From Candidatus Marinacidobacterium sp. (GTDB taxonomy: Bacteria; Acidobacteriota; Vicinamibacteria; Marinacidobacterales; Marinacidobacteraceae): a stretch of DNA of 64,000 bases. The position numbers and the translations under genes were made by a program. The stretch lies in assembly GCA_965204755.1 (NCBI GenBank), contig OZ242011.1, positions 2,592,001-2,656,000 of the forward strand, read 5' to 3'. Of the stretch, positions 60,434 through 64,000 are shown in pieces (position 1 is the stretch's first letter; every line of letters starts with the position of its first letter). The notes under the pieces were generated by a model that ran no database searches, was not told where the DNA came from, and worked only from the letters and a program-made list of their open reading frames with translations.

Positions 60434-63388
60434 TCAGGCTTCGGCTTCGGCGGCCGCTCCGTCCCCGGCCGCGGCCGACTCGGAGGGGAGCGTGATCACG
60501 AACTCGGCGCCCTTGCCGACTTCGGAGGTCACGGCCAGCGTCCCGCCGTGGCCGCGGACGATGTCGTGGCAGAGCGACAGCCCGAGACCGGTGCCCTTGT
60601 CCGTGTCCTTGGTCGTGAAGAAGGGCTCGAAGATCTTCTTCAGGTGCTCTTCCGGGATTCCCGGGCCGTTGTCGCGGATGCGCACTTCCACCTGGCCGTT
60701 CTCCCGGCGGCTGGTCACCGAGAGCGTGGGCTTGTAGTCGGCCGCCGTGCTGTCGGCGGTCTGCTTTTCCAGCGTCGCCTGGCAGGCGTTCGTCACGATG
60801 TTCAGGAACACCCGGCTGAGATCCTGCGGGACGCCGACCACCGACCCCACATCCTCCCCGAAGTCCTTCTCGATGGTCATCTGGAAGGTGTTGTCCACCG
60901 CCCGCATGGAATGGAAGGCGAGGGCGATGTATTCCTCCAGCATGGAGTTGATCTCGGTGGGACGGCTGGACCCGCCTTCCTTCCGGGCGTGCTCCAGCAT
61001 CCCGTACACGATGTTGCTGGCGCGCTTGCCGTGGTGGACGATCCGCTCCAGGTTCTCGGTGAGGTCCTTGCTGATGTCTTCGACTTCTTCCTTGGTGTCC
61101 TCCGGCAGGGCGTCGGCGACGGTCTCCAGTTCCTCCTTGAGGTCGCTCACCAGACTGTTGGAGATGTCGGCGAAGTTGTTCACGAAGTTCAGCGGGTTCT
61201 TGATTTCGTGGGCGATGCCGGCGGTGAGTTGGCCGAGCGAGGCCAACTTCTCCTGCATGACCATCTGGTCCTGCGCCTTCTGCAGGTCGTCGAGCGTCGC
61301 CGCCAGTTCCTCGTTCTGCGCTTCCACCCGCGCGGCGAGTTGCTCCACCAGGTTCAGCCGCTGCACTTCGAGCGCGTGCTGCCGGAAGACTTCGAGCGCC
61401 TGCGCCATCTCCCCCACTTCGTCCTGTCCGCGCACTTCCACTTCGGTCTTCAGGTCGCCGCCGGCCATCCGGCGCATCGCCGCGGAGAGGTTGGTCAGCC
61501 GCACGATGAGGAACCGCCCGACGAACAACCAGAGGATCAGCGCGGTGCAGGTGAGCGCGAGCACATTGAGCGCGATGAGCAGGGACCGCCCGAGGGTCAG
61601 CGCGGTGTCCGACTCCTCGGTCGCCAGCGTGGCGTCCACTTCGAGCCCCTCGATCAACGCGGTCACCGCGTCGTCGAGCGAGTCGGTGATGCCGCGGTTC
61701 CGGTTCAGGTAGGCCTGCTGGTTCGACAACTCGAACAGGTACCGCTGCCGCATGGCGAAGGCGCCGTCTTCGCCTTCGCCCAACTCTTCGAGCCGGTCGA
61801 TCGCGCGCGCCAGCCCGCGCGGCACATCGTTCCCGAGCCGGGCCATCTCCCGGCGCGCGCCGGAGATCCCGGAGGCGAACCGCTCCTCCAGCGTGCGCAC
61901 CAGGTCCGGATCGTCCTGCACGGCGACTTCCGAGATCAGGCTGCCGGCCAGGTTGGAGCCGGACTGGATCACGCTGAGCGCCCGGTAGCGGGAGATTTCG
62001 GCCTCCGAGCCCCGGATCAGGATCGAAGCCGGCTGGTCGTCGAGTTCCCGCAGCCCGGTCGCCATGAAGAAGTACTGGTCGTCGATCGGCGGGCCGATGA
62101 TTTCGTTCAGTTCCCGCACCCGCTCCACCGCCCGCTCCTGCACGGCGTCGAGCGCTTCCTGCAGGGAAGTGCTCGCGTCCACCGAGGTCTGGACATCCCG
62201 CAGGTTGCTCGCCAGGTCGGCGGAGAACGCCTGGAGCGGCGCGGTCCGTTCGCTGTCGCCGAGCCCCGCGGACACCTCGATGAGGCGCGCGGCGTCTTCC
62301 ATCAGCGAGGCCATGGACTCGCTTTCGCCGCCGGAGTCGCTCTCCGCGGCCTCCCCGGCCCCCCCTCCTTCCGGGCCGGTCGCGAACGCGCGGCTCTGCG
62401 CCGCCGCCACGATGCGGGGGGCGGTGCCGGCGAGCCGGGTCGCAAGTTGCTCGATGCGCACCGCGGTCGTCAGCGCCGGAACATGGGAAGTGTTGATCTC
62501 CTGCTGCAGGTTGCCGACCCGGAAGAACGCCGCCAGCGCCACGATGCTGGCCATCAGCGTGAAGCCCAGGGGCGTGGCCAGACTGGCCGCGATCTGCACC
62601 CGCAGGCTGCGCCGGAGGTCGAGCCGTTGCCGGAACCAGCCGAGGCGCTCCGGCGCCTCTCCGCCCTCCGGTTCGCCTTCGCCGTCCCCGGTCTCGTCCC
62701 CGGTCTCGTCCCCGGTCTCGTCCCCCGTCTCGTCCCCGTCCGCCGGCGCGGGGGCCGGCCCGTCGGCGGCGCCGGCCCGGTCCGCCCCGTCCGCCCCGTC
62801 CGCCCCGGAAGCGCCGTTCGCCTTCCGCGGCTTGCGGGAGAGCGCGCTCTTCAGCGCGTCCGTGATCGAAACGCCGCCGCCGGCCTCTCCCGGCTCGGTT
62901 CCCGACTCTTCCCCGGATTCCTCCCCGGACGACCCGCCGCCGTTCGCCGCCGCCGAGCCGGCCTCGGCGCCTTCGTCATCCGACTTCCGCTCGCCGGAGA
63001 GCGCGTCGCGGAGCGCGCCGGTGATCGAACCGGCGCCGTTCCCCGAGCCCCCCTCGGCCCCGTTCCCCTCCGGCCCGTTCCCGTCCGGATCTGCCGGCCG
63101 GTCGCCCCAGCCTTCTCCCTCATCCGCCTCCCCGTCCGACCCGGCGGGAGCGCCGTCAGCGGACGCCGGCGGCGCGCCGCCTTCGTCGCCGCCCGGCCCC
63201 TCCGCCTCCCCGTCCGGCCCGGCGGGAGCGCCTTGGGCGGACGCCGGCGCTCCGCCCTCTCCCTCTTCCGCCGACCCGTCCGGCGCCGGGCCGTCCGCGC
63301 TCCCGCCGCCGCCGCCGCCCGGCCGATCCTCCGACGAATCCTCGGGGCGGTCCCCGTCGTCGGCGCGGCGGGTCTCGTCAGCGGTCAT
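60434..63388 (-). CDS. Membrane sensor histidine kinase (TorS-like periplasmic domain, HAMP, HisKA, HATPase) with long acidic low-complexity N-terminus
   Basis: Two TM segments, QDEVGEMA HAMP, AHEIKNPL H-box, NIVTNA, DNGPG, FEPFFTTK, GTGLGL. Confidence 0.9.
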   Translation of the reverse strand: MTADETRRADDGDRPEDSSEDRPGGGGGGSADGPAPDGSAEEGEGGAPASAQGAPAGPDGEAEGPGGDEGGAPPASADGAPAGSDGEADEGEGWGDRPADPDGNGPEGNGAEGGSGNGAGSITGALRDALSGERKSDDEGAEAGSAAANGGGSSGEESGEESGTEPGEAGGGVSITDALKSALSRKPRKANGASGADGADGADRAGAADGPAPAPADGDETGDETGDETGDETGDGEGEPEGGEAPERLGWFRQRLDLRRSLRVQIAASLATPLGFTLMASIVALAAFFRVGNLQQEINTSHVPALTTAVRIEQLATRLAGTAPRIVAAAQSRAFATGPEGGGAGEAAESDSGGESESMASLMEDAARLIEVSAGLGDSERTAPLQAFSADLASNLRDVQTSVDASTSLQEALDAVQERAVERVRELNEIIGPPIDDQYFFMATGLRELDDQPASILIRGSEAEISRYRALSVIQSGSNLAGSLISEVAVQDDPDLVRTLEERFASGISGARREMARLGNDVPRGLARAIDRLEELGEGEDGAFAMRQRYLFELSNQQAYLNRNRGITDSLDDAVTALIEGLEVDATLATEESDTALTLGRSLLIALNVLALTCTALILWLFVGRFLIVRLTNLSAAMRRMAGGDLKTEVEVRGQDEVGEMAQALEVFRQHALEVQRLNLVEQLAARVEAQNEELAATLDDLQKAQDQMVMQEKLASLGQLTAGIAHEIKNPLNFVNNFADISNSLVSDLKEELETVADALPEDTKEEVEDISKDLTENLERIVHHGKRASNIVYGMLEHARKEGGSSRPTEINSMLEEYIALAFHSMRAVDNTFQMTIEKDFGEDVGSVVGVPQDLSRVFLNIVTNACQATLEKQTADSTAADYKPTLSVTSRRENGQVEVRIRDNGPGIPEEHLKKIFEPFFTTKDTDKGTGLGLSLCHDIVRGHGGTLAVTSEVGKGAEFVITLPSESAAAGDGAAAEAEA

Positions 63389-63407
63389 CGAGCCCCCTCC
63401 GCCGGCG

Positions 63408-64000
63408 TCATCGGGCGAGCGGCTGGAGGCTGCCGTCCGGCTCGATCATGGTCAGGAACACCGCGTCGGAGCCCTGGTTGTCCTGTTCGCCGAACGAGAG
63501 CCGGAACCCCCCGAGATCCAGCCGGCCGATCCCGGCCAGCGCCTCGAGGAATTTCTCCTGGGTGGGCTCCGGGCCCGCCCGCTCCAGCACCTCGACGGTG
63601 AGCCGCCCGGTCACATACCCCTCGAGGGACACGAAACTGGGTCGCGGCGCCGGACGCGCCACCCGCGAGAGTTGCCGGCGGTAGCGCTGCACCAGCGGGA
63701 TCGAGGTCTCCTCGGGGAAGGGGACGACTTGGGTGATGAACAACCCGTCGCCGACCGGGCCGAGTTCCCCGACCAGCGCCTCGCTCCCGACGAAGGAAAT
63801 GGTCATCAGCACCGGGTCGAACTGGATCTTGCGCGCCCAGCGGACGAACTCGGCGACCGGCTGGTAGGCGCCGATCATGATCACCGCTTCCGGCCCGGCC
63901 CGGCGGAGGTCGAGCAGCGCCGACTTCACCGCGGTGGTGTTCCGCTGGTAGGCGGCGTGTCCGGTCATCTCCATGCCGCGCCGGGCGAGCGCCCGCTCGA
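63408..64000 (-). CDS. ABC-type branched-chain amino acid substrate-binding-like protein, 3' part only
   Basis: YQRNT, PEAVIMIGAY, ISFVGS, TQVVP, SLEGY, DLGGF..FG..NQGS; 5' end outside the window. Confidence 0.8.
   Translation of the reverse strand, partial: ERALARRGMEMTGHAAYQRNTTAVKSALLDLRRAGPEAVIMIGAYQPVAEFVRWARKIQFDPVLMTISFVGSEALVGELGPVGDGLFITQVVPFPEETSIPLVQRYRRQLSRVARPAPRPSFVSLEGYVTGRLTVEVLERAGPEPTQEKFLEALAGIGRLDLGGFRLSFGEQDNQGSDAVFLTMIEPDGSLQPLAR

Overview
Very GC-rich bacterial chromosomal window; gene content is compatible with an Acidobacteriota-like, possibly host-associated organism (inference only). Housekeeping blocks (fused 2-oxoacid dehydrogenase E1, tRNA-Lys/tRNA-Glu, ileS-aminotransferase-gmk-coaBC-udg-priA, TonB heme-type receptor, ggt, glnS, soxCD-like, rubrerythrin/Fe-S oxidoreductase/DUF3501, TPR paralogs, sensor kinase) alternate with three defence-rich accessory blocks. 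Block 1 (1-13.7 kb): type III R-M plus a coupled PIN gene, divergent from a coupled AAA-DUF4143 / NACHT-nuclease / small-gene operon. Block 2 (28.3-40.3 kb): DUF1828, ABC-type ATPase, a GmrSD-Schlafen fusion bracketed by a duplicated gene 3' end, two more AAA-DUF4143 genes, an RNA ligase and an Eco57I-like N6-MTase. Block 3 (55.1-58.3 kb): a DUF2971-like gene converging on a ubiquitin-like conjugation operon (Ubl, Cys-free E2-like protein, JAB-E1 fusion with a 1-nt frameshift). Non-coding signals: a chain of translationally coupled 5-codon mini-ORFs, a conserved structured leader shared by two TPR paralogs, 116-bp and ~70-bp tandem repeats, a dispersed REP/MITE-like element, probable leaderless promoters, and apparent avoidance of AGCT and ACGT in resident genes. 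All domain calls are from motif recognition by eye; no database searches were run.
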